NCBI GenBank assembly: GCA_910577095.1
Contig: CAJTLY010000002.1
Span: 957 to 64,956 of the forward strand
Length of the DNA: 64,000 nucleotides
From: an uncultured Alphaproteobacteria bacterium
Lineage (GTDB): Bacteria > Pseudomonadota > Alphaproteobacteria > RF32 > CAG-239
Reading direction: 5' to 3'
Made by a program: the position numbers and the translations under genes. The notes beneath the pieces are model-generated. The model searched no databases. It was not told the DNA's origin and saw only the letters and a list, made by a program, of their open reading frames with translations. This document shows, piece by piece, positions 47,283-56,877 of this stretch (the first letter of the stretch is position 1; every line of letters starts with the position of its first letter).

Positions 47283-48032
47283 ATGAAAAAAATACTAGAT
47301 TACATCCGTTACGGCGAAGGCTTGGGTATCAAATTCCTGTTGCCGTTTTCTCTGATTGTCGCTCTTTTTCTGGCCGCAACCATAAAAATCGAAGGAAACG
47401 ACGTTTTGGTACCGGCCGCCCAAAAGGTTGCCGACGAATTTTTGCCGATTAAAATCGAAAACGGCGCCATTGTAGAACCGGCAGATACGGTAAAGACCTA
47501 TTCTATCGCCTTTGATGACGAAAATAACGATGCTAACAGCAATATCAATGTTGTGTTGGACACCAAAGTTGACTATTTCGAACCGTCCGAACTCAAGCAG
47601 GGAATTTATATCAGCCGCCGCGCTTTGTACTCGGTTACCAAACGCGAAACCAAAATGTACAATTTTGAAGAATCTTTATACATTCCCCGGGAAGACTACA
47701 CCGACCTTTTCAGAACCATGCTTAACTGGAGTGTCTTGTTTGTCGGCATTTTCGGTTTTATCGGCGTAGCGATCGCCTTTTTTATCGCAATCATTTTTTA
47801 TGCCGTCTGTTCTTATGCGGTTTCGGCGTTTTTCGGTAAAAGTTTTCTCTTTGACCTCAGAATGCGCTTAAGTACGCTGGCCTTCATAACCACGTACGTT
47901 GTCTTCACCGTCTTGGGCTGGTTCGGCTTCAGCAGCTTTATAATTTTCTTCGTCGCCGTCCTGGCCTTGCAAGGGGTTATCTTTAAAGAAATTCCGGCAC
48001 AGGAAACACCGGCGGCTCCTCAGCAAAACTGA
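47283..48032 (+). CDS. hypothetical polytopic membrane protein
   Basis: One N-terminal TM segment and three C-terminal TM segments. Possibly DUF1189-like, but that is a weak impression. Confidence 0.55.
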   Translation: MKKILDYIRYGEGLGIKFLLPFSLIVALFLAATIKIEGNDVLVPAAQKVADEFLPIKIENGAIVEPADTVKTYSIAFDDENNDANSNINVVLDTKVDYFEPSELKQGIYISRRALYSVTKRETKMYNFEESLYIPREDYTDLFRTMLNWSVLFVGIFGFIGVAIAFFIAIIFYAVCSYAVSAFFGKSFLFDLRMRLSTLAFITTYVVFTVLGWFGFSSFIIFFVAVLALQGVIFKEIPAQETPAAPQQN

Positions 48033-48242
48033 CAAACTTAGCGGTTTTGGCCATAACAAACATCCCCCGCACATCCGGGGGATATTTTTCAGCCGATAAT
48101 GCGCCTTATTAAGCAAGTATCGGCCGCTGAACAATCGGATAGCAGCAGAAGCTTCCAAACGAATTATGGTTTACAAATCGCAATTGATATGCTAAAATAG
48201 ACAAAAGAAGACAAATTGAAGCACATAAATGAGGTGAGTTGA

Positions 48243-49259
48243 ATGGAAACAACCGCAGAAAAAATCAAACGTTTAGGCAAAAAAAGCTGGGACTGGCTCT
48301 CAAAAACCGCCAGACACGGTCCTATTAAGCTGGCGTTTCTGATGTCGACAGTGATCGGCAACGGCGGTTCTTCGACCGCGGCAACCATGACCGGAACCAA
48401 CAATAATACAAACGTCCCTCAAAACCCGATTGAACTTTCAGAAACTCCGGGACAAAACAAAGTAAACACGGTCGATTGTGATGCCGCAACCGAAAAACTT
48501 GAAGAACTGATGGCAGAAAACCTGGTTGTGCAGAATCAAAACCTGATCGGAAATTTCGATCTTGAAGGCCGTACCTTTACCGCCGAAGAACTGCAAATGA
48601 TTCAGCAAAGCGATCTGAGCGAAGAAATTCAGTCGATTGCCAAGAAAAAAGCTAAACCCGGTGCGCCGAAAAAAGGACAGCAGACTTATTGTTTGGGCGC
48701 AGTCAAAAATGTTTATGCCGCAAAAGGCATTATGATTGACGCCCAGCGTTTTGCCTATCATGCCGTTGACGGATTTAAGAAAAATGAACATTTTGTCGAA
48801 ATTGACACCAACATGGAAAATTTCCATTCGCTGCCCGACGCCACCGTCATCGCCTGGGAAAAAGGCACAACCCGCTACGGCCACGTGGCGATGAAAATCG
48901 GCAACAAAGAATACTGCGACTTTGTCTACAATCTGCGCACTCACAACCGCCGCGGCAGCAGCGGGCAGCGTTACGGCAAAGCGCATACCTACATTCTCAA
49001 AGATATGCCAGTTGAAAAACAGTTAGCCCAAAAACTGATTGCCGAAGGCCGGTTGAAAGAGCCTGTCAGAAAACAGATGTTGGCAATGGCTAAAATCAAC
49101 AATATGAAAATGCTTTTAAATACTGCAGATCTGGCACAAATGAGCCAGAACTTTCGCCAAGACGACATTTCGGAGATCAAGCTCCAACCTCAACCGCTGG
49201 CAATGGGAAAAAAGCAGCAGAAAACGATGGCCAGAATGCTGCAAAGAGAAAGAGACTGA
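48243..49259 (+). CDS. hypothetical protein with a CHAP/papain-like Cys...His pattern
   Basis: QTYCLGAVKNV, then about 60 residues later RYGHVAMKIGN. GAGGTGAG RBS. No clear signal peptide. Confidence 0.45.
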   Translation: METTAEKIKRLGKKSWDWLSKTARHGPIKLAFLMSTVIGNGGSSTAATMTGTNNNTNVPQNPIELSETPGQNKVNTVDCDAATEKLEELMAENLVVQNQNLIGNFDLEGRTFTAEELQMIQQSDLSEEIQSIAKKKAKPGAPKKGQQTYCLGAVKNVYAAKGIMIDAQRFAYHAVDGFKKNEHFVEIDTNMENFHSLPDATVIAWEKGTTRYGHVAMKIGNKEYCDFVYNLRTHNRRGSSGQRYGKAHTYILKDMPVEKQLAQKLIAEGRLKEPVRKQMLAMAKINNMKMLLNTADLAQMSQNFRQDDISEIKLQPQPLAMGKKQQKTMARMLQRERD

Positions 49260-49265
49260 AATACG

Positions 49266-49297
49266 GAAACCCCGGTAATCCGGGGTTTCTGCTTTTT
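49266..49297 (+). terminator. intrinsic terminator
   Basis: GAAACCCCGG-taat-CCGGGGTTTC followed by tgcttttt. Confidence 0.6.
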
Positions 49298-49308
49298 AGC
49301 CGTAAAAA

Positions 49309-49881
49309 TTATTTTTCGCGATAATTCTCTTGAACCGTAACGGTTTGATGAGGCGTGTAGATATATTCGGCAATAGCAAAAGCACCATACAATATAATGT
49401 ACAAACCCATCAAAGTGGTGATGGTAATGGCGCCGATCGCCGGATAAACCAGGATCAGAAAGGCGAACAAAATGCCGAGAATTCCGATCCCCATCGTCCA
49501 GCCCCAGGCATAACCATCCCTTCTGAGCTCAAACGAATTCGCCAGTTGGACTACGCCGACCGCCAAACACCACAAAGCAAAGATGATCGGCAGCGTTGCG
49601 GCGCTGACACCAAGGTTGCTGACGAAAATAACGCCGACAAAAATATCCAGCAGCCCAACCACCAGATACCAGCCGGACCGGTAAGAAAACGAAGCCAGAA
49701 AATATCCGGCGCCGACAACAATAAAGGCAATCCCCAGATAAAGCGCCAGGCCGAGCAAACTGGCCACCGGGTTAAACCAAACGTACAAGCCGAGGATAAT
49801 CATAATAATGCCGGCAATCAAATGCCAGAATCCGGCCGTTTGAAAAGTGGCAATGCCGGAATGATTTACGGTTTCAGCCAT
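49309..49881 (-). CDS. HdeD-family (DUF308) membrane protein
   Basis: Repeated GxxxxxxG TM hairpins. WHLIAGIIMIILGLYVWFNP is typical of DUF308. AAGGAGAAA RBS. Confidence 0.7.
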   Translation of the reverse strand: MAETVNHSGIATFQTAGFWHLIAGIIMIILGLYVWFNPVASLLGLALYLGIAFIVVGAGYFLASFSYRSGWYLVVGLLDIFVGVIFVSNLGVSAATLPIIFALWCLAVGVVQLANSFELRRDGYAWGWTMGIGILGILFAFLILVYPAIGAITITTLMGLYIILYGAFAIAEYIYTPHQTVTVQENYREK

Positions 49882-49957
49882 GATTTTTCTCCTTTTACAA
49901 ATGTAATTCAGTAGAGTATATAACCATGGCGACGCATTTTTCAAAGATGCGACGACA

Positions 49958-50965
49958 TTATAATTTGCCGTAATCCGAAAATTTGGCTGCCCGGCAGCGA
50001 CTGAGCAGATCGGAACTCTTGGCGACGCCGCCGAGAGCGCGGATCATCCGCACGCCCTCCAGGCGTCCGCAGCTGATTTCTTCGAGACTCTTGCCCTGAT
50101 CGGTTTCATATTTTGCCATGCCGCATTCGACGCACCATACCGGCGTCACTCCGGCATTGAGAGCACCGACAATATCGGTGCGGTACGTATCGCCGATCAT
50201 CGCCACTTTGGGCGATGCCTCGATTCCGAGTTGACGAAACGCATATTTGAAAATGCCGGGATGCGGTTTGCCGAATTCGATCACGCGGCCGCCCATTTTC
50301 CGGTAAGCTTCCGCCACCAACCCCTGACGAACCACCGGTAATGCAATGTCACCGTTTTTCGGCTTTTCGAAAGCACGAAAATCGGGGTTGGCACAAATTG
50401 CCGGAAGCCCCATTTTTTGCAAAGCGCGCAACTGCGGCAAAAACGGATCAATCACCATACTGTCCCACCACGCCGGTCCGTCGTCGCCGCTCATCCGCGA
50501 AAGATAAAAGTGCTGATGCAGAGCCGGCAATTTTTCGTATTGCTCATCGGTCAACTGGGGAATCGAAATATAAAAAGCATCGGCATCGTTCGGATCATCG
50601 ACCGTTACATATGGCGTTTGTTCAAAAATCTGCTTGCGCGGGTTCCCGAAAACAAAAATGCGGTTGCCGTCAATATCCAGACCGCCGGCGGCAAAAGTTT
50701 CCCGTGCCGCATCACCGGAAGTTACCATATCCGTAAAATGGCGCTGCGGTTCCAAACCGCGTTTGCGATAAGAATTTATCGCCGCATCGGCCAGTTGGGT
50801 CGTATTGGAAACGATACAGACCGGTTTGCCGCATTTTACCATTTTTTCCATAATTTCACGGCTGCCTTCATAAAAAGCGCTCCCGTTCCAAAAAACACCG
50901 TAAGCATCGACCAGAAGAACGTCAAAATCATCCGCTATGTCGGCAAATCCATCATATATCTTCAT
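49958..50965 (-). CDS. HAD-superfamily subfamily IIA hydrolase
   Basis: VLLVDAYGVFWNG and GDTYRTDIVGA motifs. ATG at 50965 after GGAG. Confidence 0.7.
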   Translation of the reverse strand: MKIYDGFADIADDFDVLLVDAYGVFWNGSAFYEGSREIMEKMVKCGKPVCIVSNTTQLADAAINSYRKRGLEPQRHFTDMVTSGDAARETFAAGGLDIDGNRIFVFGNPRKQIFEQTPYVTVDDPNDADAFYISIPQLTDEQYEKLPALHQHFYLSRMSGDDGPAWWDSMVIDPFLPQLRALQKMGLPAICANPDFRAFEKPKNGDIALPVVRQGLVAEAYRKMGGRVIEFGKPHPGIFKYAFRQLGIEASPKVAMIGDTYRTDIVGALNAGVTPVWCVECGMAKYETDQGKSLEEISCGRLEGVRMIRALGGVAKSSDLLSRCRAAKFSDYGKL

Positions 50966-51103
50966 TTTCAATCTCCGTTTTATACAACCCCGTTTTCACT
51001 ATAACAAAAAATAAGCACAGCGCAATTTTTTTTTAAAATTCACTGGATTTTAGACAACCTTGTGTTATAATAGACAGAAAATGGACTGATAAAGGTAAAA
51101 GCT

Positions 51104-52477
51104 ATGGGTAAATTTTCGTTTGACAGAGACTATTCAAAACGCGTTTCCATGCACCGCGACAACGAGCAGCATAAAAAACGGGGCGAAAATCTCAGTGCCC
51201 GCAAAAATCAGATTTTCCAAAAGGAAAAACAAGATACACTCAAGGCCGAAGCGGAAAAACTTACAACGCCGGAGATAAAAACTTCCGCTGCCGCGGTTCC
51301 CGGTCTCAGCGACGAAGAGATTATCCAACAGCTCAACATGCTGACCGAAGCTTTTCGCGCCACCAACGGTCGGGAAGAAGAAAAAGCCCTGCGCGAATTT
51401 GCCGCTCAATATCATCTCAATCTGCGTGTCGAAGCGGCAGTTTCCAAAACCGACAAGAGCGCAATCGCCCGCATGGTTTTTAACGGCGGCGTTGAAAAAC
51501 CTTTCGGCGGTTATTCGGAAAAATTTGCCGATCTGGCCAACTACCCGTATAAGTATTCAATTCATCCCGGCAAAGCGGAAGATTATAAACTGGAAGACTC
51601 GCCGATTTGGCAGATGATGTCAGAAGAACCGCGGCTGGCAGAGATGAAGGGCAAAATGCTCGAAGCGCTGGCCAAAGCCGGAGTACGCCCGGAGATGCTG
51701 CCGGAAATGAATCTGAACGACTTCAAATATCTGATGTTTAACCATTGTGCCGTTCAAAAAGGCATGGGCTTTGCCAAACTGTTTCAGGCCAAGGACGAAA
51801 ACGGCAACCCTCTGACCTATCGTGATATCCGCGCTGCCAAGGACGTTCCGGTCGCAACCAGCGCCAAACAGGAAAACGTCAAACGTTTTATTAAAGAGAA
51901 TCCGCAATTCAAAGATATGCTCCTGAAGGTCCCCGGCGCCAAGAAAGAATATGTCGAAGCTCTGGTCAAAAAGATGGAAACCAGCGGCCTGACCGATATG
52001 TCCAAAGAACTGGAACGGCATCCCGACTGGGCAAACCAACCGGCCATTGACGTCCATCATATCATCAACATCAAAGACTGCCGCCTGTTTGAAGCACAAG
52101 GAAAATCGTATGCCGCCGTCAACGATTATGAAAACATGTGTATTGTCAGCAACGGCACCCTGCTCGACGCATTAGAACGTTCCAACGGCAACAGCGGTGA
52201 AAAAGCCCACTCAATTCACGGCAGCATTCACGCCGCCGACATGGTATTCAAAGACAGAGCCGAAGACGGCAGCACCAAGCGCACCATGGTTCGCCTTGAA
52301 CCGCAGCCGGGTGTTCGCTGTATGCTTGGTTTCAGTCCCGACATGATGATCATCGACCAACAAAACCAACAACAAAATGACAATCGCGGATTGAGTGCCG
52401 AGGCAGAAAAAGCCGCCGCCAATTCGCAGGCCGTCATGCGCAACATCCAACAAAACAGCGGAGCAATGTCAGCATGA
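51104..52477 (+). CDS. putative toxin: unknown N-terminal region plus a C-terminal His-His (AHH-like HNH/EndoVII-fold) nuclease motif
   Basis: IDVHHIINIKD ... NDYEN ... SN ... AHSIHGSIH has the order and spacing of a beta-beta-alpha-Me finger. It is followed by an overlapping SUKH gene. Confidence 0.5.
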   Translation: MGKFSFDRDYSKRVSMHRDNEQHKKRGENLSARKNQIFQKEKQDTLKAEAEKLTTPEIKTSAAAVPGLSDEEIIQQLNMLTEAFRATNGREEEKALREFAAQYHLNLRVEAAVSKTDKSAIARMVFNGGVEKPFGGYSEKFADLANYPYKYSIHPGKAEDYKLEDSPIWQMMSEEPRLAEMKGKMLEALAKAGVRPEMLPEMNLNDFKYLMFNHCAVQKGMGFAKLFQAKDENGNPLTYRDIRAAKDVPVATSAKQENVKRFIKENPQFKDMLLKVPGAKKEYVEALVKKMETSGLTDMSKELERHPDWANQPAIDVHHIINIKDCRLFEAQGKSYAAVNDYENMCIVSNGTLLDALERSNGNSGEKAHSIHGSIHAADMVFKDRAEDGSTKRTMVRLEPQPGVRCMLGFSPDMMIIDQQNQQQNDNRGLSAEAEKAAANSQAVMRNIQQNSGAMSA

Positions 52478-52887
52478 ACATCCAGGAACTGATCGATTTT
52501 TTGCAACAAAACGATGAAGTGGGCCGCAACAAGCCCTCTACCGAAGTTAAAATCGCGATGGGCACACTCAAGCTCAAACAAGAAGGCTTTGCTCAGCCGC
52601 TGCCAGACTTTTACAAGCTGCTGCGCAAGTTCAACGGCCTTTCCAACAACGGTTGTTTTATCTTGGGAATTAATACCGAAAGCACCATGTTTCCCGAGCT
52701 GCTGGACTATAACCTCCGTCACCGACCGGATCTGCCGGAAGCGGTGATTCTGGGTTATAACGACGCTTTTCAGTTGGTTTACAGCGCCAACGACGAAAAA
52801 TATCACATTGTTGATAAAGACGACGGCAGCGAAGAAGGCAGTTCGGACAATCTGGCCGATGTTATTCCGTATATTTTGCATATATAA
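52474..52887 (+). CDS. SMI1/KNR4 (SUKH-1) family immunity-type protein
   Basis: PLPDFYKLLRKFNGLSNNGCFILG is the characteristic SMI1_KNR4 motif. 137 aa. ATGA overlap with the upstream gene. Confidence 0.7.
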   Translation: MNIQELIDFLQQNDEVGRNKPSTEVKIAMGTLKLKQEGFAQPLPDFYKLLRKFNGLSNNGCFILGINTESTMFPELLDYNLRHRPDLPEAVILGYNDAFQLVYSANDEKYHIVDKDDGSEEGSSDNLADVIPYILHI

Positions 52888-52912
52888 CTTTAAATAAACG
52901 GAATAATAAACC

Positions 52913-53098
52913 ATGATGGAATATATAAAAAGAAAACTGACCAAAACGAAAGATGATCAGGCTTGGAAAGACCAAATCGGCTATCCGCGCTATTATCAGG
53001 AAAACGGGCTTTTTATCAAAGAAACCGAAGACGGCGAAAAATTTGTCGTCACTTTGGATGAACAACACCAAGAGATTATCGTAGGAAAAGCAAAATGA
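52913..53098 (+). CDS. small protein, presumed antitoxin partner of the zeta-like kinase
   Basis: 61 aa, with an ATGA overlap with the downstream P-loop gene. No family recognised. Confidence 0.5.
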   Translation: MMEYIKRKLTKTKDDQAWKDQIGYPRYYQENGLFIKETEDGEKFVVTLDEQHQEIIVGKAK

Positions 53099-53967
53099 CA
53101 AGAAAGCGTCCCTGGATGGTAATTATCGCCGGTCCCAACGGCGCCGGAAAATCTACCTTTTACGATAAGGTTATCAAAGACGATCCGTTAATGAAAAATG
53201 CGCCGTTTATCAATTTGGACAACATTGCCAAAGATTTGTCCGCTCCGGATCAAGATCCGAACGACAACATGCTCAGCGCCGGCAAAATCACTTATGAAGA
53301 AGTGGAAAAGCACATTGAAAACCGCAGCAGTTTTGTGTACGAGACCACATCTTCGGGCAAAGTACATCTGCGTTTTATGGACGAAGCCCGCAAACAAGGT
53401 TTTAAAATCGCCACCGTGTTTATCGGCCTTTCGGATCCGCTGCTGTCTTATTATCGCGTCAAATCACGCGTGATCAACGGCGGTCACGACGTTCCGTATG
53501 AAGATATTATTCGCCGTTATCCCAAAATTATGAAGAACTTTCCGGAAATGCTGAAACGCAGCGACATTGCCGCCGTATTTGACAACTCTTCCCACGAACC
53601 ATACAAATTGATCTTTTTGATGGATGATAAAGCCTTTCGTATTTTTTATCAATACCCTTCCTGGCTGAAAGAATCCATCAGGGAACGCAAAACGCGCAAA
53701 GATATGGTTTTTGCCGCCGATGCTGTAGACGTCCATCGTTTAAACGATACTGAGTTACGTTTGATATCCGATCTGGCGTTTACTCCGTCTCTTGAAGAGC
53801 ATGCTTTTGACAATTATGTGAAAAAAATAATAGGTCCGTTACCGCTTGCCGAGAAAACAGCTTCATCTTTCCCCGGAGAAGGGGATATCTCGCCGGTTAC
53901 CAAGGAACAAATCAGGGAACAGGTCTCTAAATTATTTAACCAAGGAAAAAAGAGAGATCGGTTTTAA
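53095..53967 (+). CDS. zeta-toxin/COG4185-type P-loop kinase with a C-terminal extension
   Basis: VIIAGPNGAGKST Walker A and VINGGHDVPYEDIIRRY, typical of the COG4185/zeta family. Confidence 0.7.
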   Translation: MTRKRPWMVIIAGPNGAGKSTFYDKVIKDDPLMKNAPFINLDNIAKDLSAPDQDPNDNMLSAGKITYEEVEKHIENRSSFVYETTSSGKVHLRFMDEARKQGFKIATVFIGLSDPLLSYYRVKSRVINGGHDVPYEDIIRRYPKIMKNFPEMLKRSDIAAVFDNSSHEPYKLIFLMDDKAFRIFYQYPSWLKESIRERKTRKDMVFAADAVDVHRLNDTELRLISDLAFTPSLEEHAFDNYVKKIIGPLPLAEKTASSFPGEGDISPVTKEQIREQVSKLFNQGKKRDRF

Positions 53968-54060
53968 TCCGGTAAGACAAGAGTTTACCAAAAAGCTTCT
54001 CCGTTTCAGCCGGTTTTTCCGGATGTTCCCCGCGTTAAACGCGTTTTTCGGGTGACACGT

Positions 54061-54087
54061 AAAAAGGCGCCGCAGCGCCTTTTTTTA
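54061..54087. terminator. bidirectional intrinsic terminator
   Basis: AAAAAGGCGC-cgca-GCGCCTTTTTTT lies between convergent genes. Confidence 0.65.
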
Positions 54088-54098
54088 ATTATTACAGA

Positions 54099-55262
54099 CT
54101 ACATACAAGCCAAAAATACGCCGCGGACAAAATCCTCCGGCAGCCCGGGCGTTTTGCGAATCGCTGCCCCTTTAACCGTCAGCCGGGTCAGTTCTTCAAT
54201 ATCCGGTTCAGCAATACCGGCTTCGGCAAAACTAAGCGGCGCACCGATTTCGCGATACCAGTTTTTCAGAGAAGCTATCCCGGCAAGGGCGGCCTGCCGG
54301 TCATTTTCTTCTTGCACGGCAAATATTTCGCGGGCGAACCGGGCGATCTTAGGCGCCTTTTCCTCCGCTTTGGCCGTCAGCCACGCCGGCGTAACGATGG
54401 CCAGACCGGCACCGTGAGCAATGTCATACAATGCACTGATCGGATGTTCCAATGCATGACACGGCATTGAGAAAGCACCGACACCGGCCACATTTAAGCC
54501 GTTCCACCCCAAAGTTGCACTCCACATCAACGTCGACCGCGCTTCAATGTCCTCGGGATTTTGCAAAATACGAGAGGCCGCGGCCATCACTGTTTTCACC
54601 ATTCCCTCCACATAATATTCCTGCAACGGAGTCCAACCGCCGTCGTTGGTAAAATAGCTTTCGGTAAGATGCGAAACGATGTCCACTGCCGAAGCTGCGG
54701 TATAACGCTGCGGCACCGTTACCGTCAACAACGGATCAAGGATCGACACCTGCGGATAGAAATACGGACTGGCCAGCCCCAGTTTATCGTTGGTTTCGTC
54801 GTTGGTGATAACCGCGTTGCCGTTCATTTCCGACCCGGTTGCCGGCAAAGTGAGCACGGTGACCAACGGCAGTGCCTTTTCGATTTTGGTCTCGCCGAGA
54901 TAAAAACGCCACACGTCATCTTTCGCCACCGTACCAGCCGCAATCGACTTGGCTTCGTCAATCACGCTGCCGCCGCCGACGGCAATCACAAAATCAACTT
55001 TTTCCGCCCGGGCTTTGGCAATCCCTTCACGGGCATGGGTGAGTGACGGATTTGATTTAACGCCGCCGTGCTCAACAAACGCGATCCCCGCTTCTTGCAG
55101 TTGGGAAACAATTTTATCATAGAGTCCGGATCTCTTGATGCTGTTCTGCCCGTAGACCAACAAGGCCTTACGACCTAAAGCGGTGACGTGCGCCGACAAT
55201 TGTGAACTGCTTCCGTTCCCAAAAACAATTTTGGTCGGATTGTGAAAAACAAACCCCTGCAT
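54099..55262 (-). CDS. iron-containing (group III) alcohol dehydrogenase, YqhD/BdhA-like
   Basis: FHNPTKIVFG ... AVGGGSVID ... His-rich metal site (HALEHPISALYDIAHG). Confidence 0.85.
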   Translation of the reverse strand: MQGFVFHNPTKIVFGNGSSSQLSAHVTALGRKALLVYGQNSIKRSGLYDKIVSQLQEAGIAFVEHGGVKSNPSLTHAREGIAKARAEKVDFVIAVGGGSVIDEAKSIAAGTVAKDDVWRFYLGETKIEKALPLVTVLTLPATGSEMNGNAVITNDETNDKLGLASPYFYPQVSILDPLLTVTVPQRYTAASAVDIVSHLTESYFTNDGGWTPLQEYYVEGMVKTVMAAASRILQNPEDIEARSTLMWSATLGWNGLNVAGVGAFSMPCHALEHPISALYDIAHGAGLAIVTPAWLTAKAEEKAPKIARFAREIFAVQEENDRQAALAGIASLKNWYREIGAPLSFAEAGIAEPDIEELTRLTVKGAAIRKTPGLPEDFVRGVFLACM

Positions 55263-55291
55263 TACTTTTCTCCGTTGAAATACCGATGCAC

Positions 55292-55900
55292 TCAGTAATT
55301 GTTGTAGTCATGCCCCGAATAATCGTTATATTCGTTTTGCTGTTGTTCAAAGCGGCGCTGCTGCTGTTCATAATAGCGCTGTTGGCGCGAGCGCGCTTCC
55401 TGCTCGGCCGCCGCTTCGTAAATGGCAGAAATAATGGTATCGCGGAACTCGCGCGGGTGGGCGATATCCTGAATCACCATGCTGCTTTCGTCGTTACCCA
55501 CCTGAACAATCGCATCACCGGCACCGAACAGGCGTTGGACCAGGCTTTGTACGATCTGCACGTCGTTAATTTTGGCTAACGGAATATCCTTTTCCTTGAT
55601 ATTGACAATGCCCCGACGGACATAAACCCGCTGGTTGGTCACCGCATATATCTTGAGTTTGTTGTCGACCCGTTTATAAATGTAAGGAACAAACAAAAGG
55701 CCGCCGATTATCATCATAATCGCGGCAACAGAATAAATATGGCCGATAAAACGGAATCTTTCGCCTTGCCCGACACCGCTCCACACCGCCAAAAACATCA
55801 AAATGCCGATTGACATCAACAATGTCGGCAGCACAAATACCTTATAACTGAAATGAACTTCAATTTTAACGTATTCGTTGGGGCGTAGTTCTAATGTCAT
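55292..55900 (-). CDS. membrane protein with a bacterial PH domain (bPH_2/YdbT-like) and a Q-rich tail
   Basis: Two TM segments, then YAVTNQRVYVRRGIVNIKEKDIPLAKINDVQIVQSL..RLFGAGD. Confidence 0.7.
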   Translation of the reverse strand: MTLELRPNEYVKIEVHFSYKVFVLPTLLMSIGILMFLAVWSGVGQGERFRFIGHIYSVAAIMMIIGGLLFVPYIYKRVDNKLKIYAVTNQRVYVRRGIVNIKEKDIPLAKINDVQIVQSLVQRLFGAGDAIVQVGNDESSMVIQDIAHPREFRDTIISAIYEAAAEQEARSRQQRYYEQQQRRFEQQQNEYNDYSGHDYNNY

Positions 55901-56106
55901 GTCGCGACTCCTTAATCTTTATCTGAGGCGATTATAATTTAAATTTTCATTAAAGACAACAAAGATATTTGTGTTGCAAATCGTTTGCAGACAAGCTAGC
56001 CTGAACAGGATCAACAAAAGTTTTGTTCCGACGACCGGCCAAAAATAAAAAAATAAATGAACCTTGTTGCACAAACTCTCGTTTTAGCTGATGTATGGAG
56101 GTTAAA

Positions 56107-56379
56107 ATGGACGATATTTCAAAACTGCTGCAGGAAGCGAAACCGCTTTATTTCGCCCGCAAAAAACGTCGCCGACGCATCACGGCCGTTTTCAGCATGC
56201 TGCTGGTTGCCGCCGGGCTCAGCCTCTCCGGACTGCGGCCCCCGGAAAGTGAAAACATATACTGGGCCGAAGCAATGTTAACGGCGGCCGACAGCCAAAT
56301 AACGGTGGCACAACGGGAATCCCTGATTGAAGACATGGGCTTGCCGGTGGATGAATTCGGGCTTTTGATGGCAGGATAG
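56107..56379 (+). CDS. small single-pass membrane protein (possible anti-sigma or accessory factor)
   Basis: GGAGG RBS before the ATG at 56107. RKKRRRR followed by a TM segment. Its stop abuts the sigma-factor start. Confidence 0.5.
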   Translation: MDDISKLLQEAKPLYFARKKRRRRITAVFSMLLVAAGLSLSGLRPPESENIYWAEAMLTAADSQITVAQRESLIEDMGLPVDEFGLLMAG

Positions 56380-56874
56380 ATGAAAGACATAATCAATAAA
56401 AACAAAGGGCTGATCAGAGCCGTCATCCGCAAGTTTACCGGTTCTTACAACGAGGACATTGAACAGGAAGTGTATATAAAAACCTGGCGCAACCTTGATA
56501 ATTATCACGAAGAAGGTAAATTTAAACAATGGATCGGAACCCTGACCGCCAATGTCTGCCGCGACTATTTCAAATCAAGGCAGTACGGCCAAAACAATGC
56601 AGAAGTCCGCGATCCGGAAATTCTCGAAACAATGCCGACCGGGAGTTCTCAAGAAGAGGCCGTGGACGCCAAGATACGGCAAAAACTGATTCTGAAAGCG
56701 GTGGACGAACTGCCGCCTAAAATGCGCAAAGTAATTATTTTGTACGAGTTTGAAGAATTGAGCCTGGAACAAATTGCGCAAAAAACCGGCGTTCCGGCAG
56801 GTACCGTTAAATCGCGCCTGTTTAACGCCAGACAAATTTTAAAACAAAAACTCAGTTATTTAAAAGGAGAGTAA
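56380..56874 (+). CDS. ECF (group IV) sigma-70 factor
   Basis: Region 2 (EDIEQEVYIKTWRNL) and region 4 (LSLEQIAQKTGVPAGTVKSRLFNAR). Confidence 0.85.
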   Translation: MKDIINKNKGLIRAVIRKFTGSYNEDIEQEVYIKTWRNLDNYHEEGKFKQWIGTLTANVCRDYFKSRQYGQNNAEVRDPEILETMPTGSSQEEAVDAKIRQKLILKAVDELPPKMRKVIILYEFEELSLEQIAQKTGVPAGTVKSRLFNARQILKQKLSYLKGE

Positions 56875-56877
56875 AAC

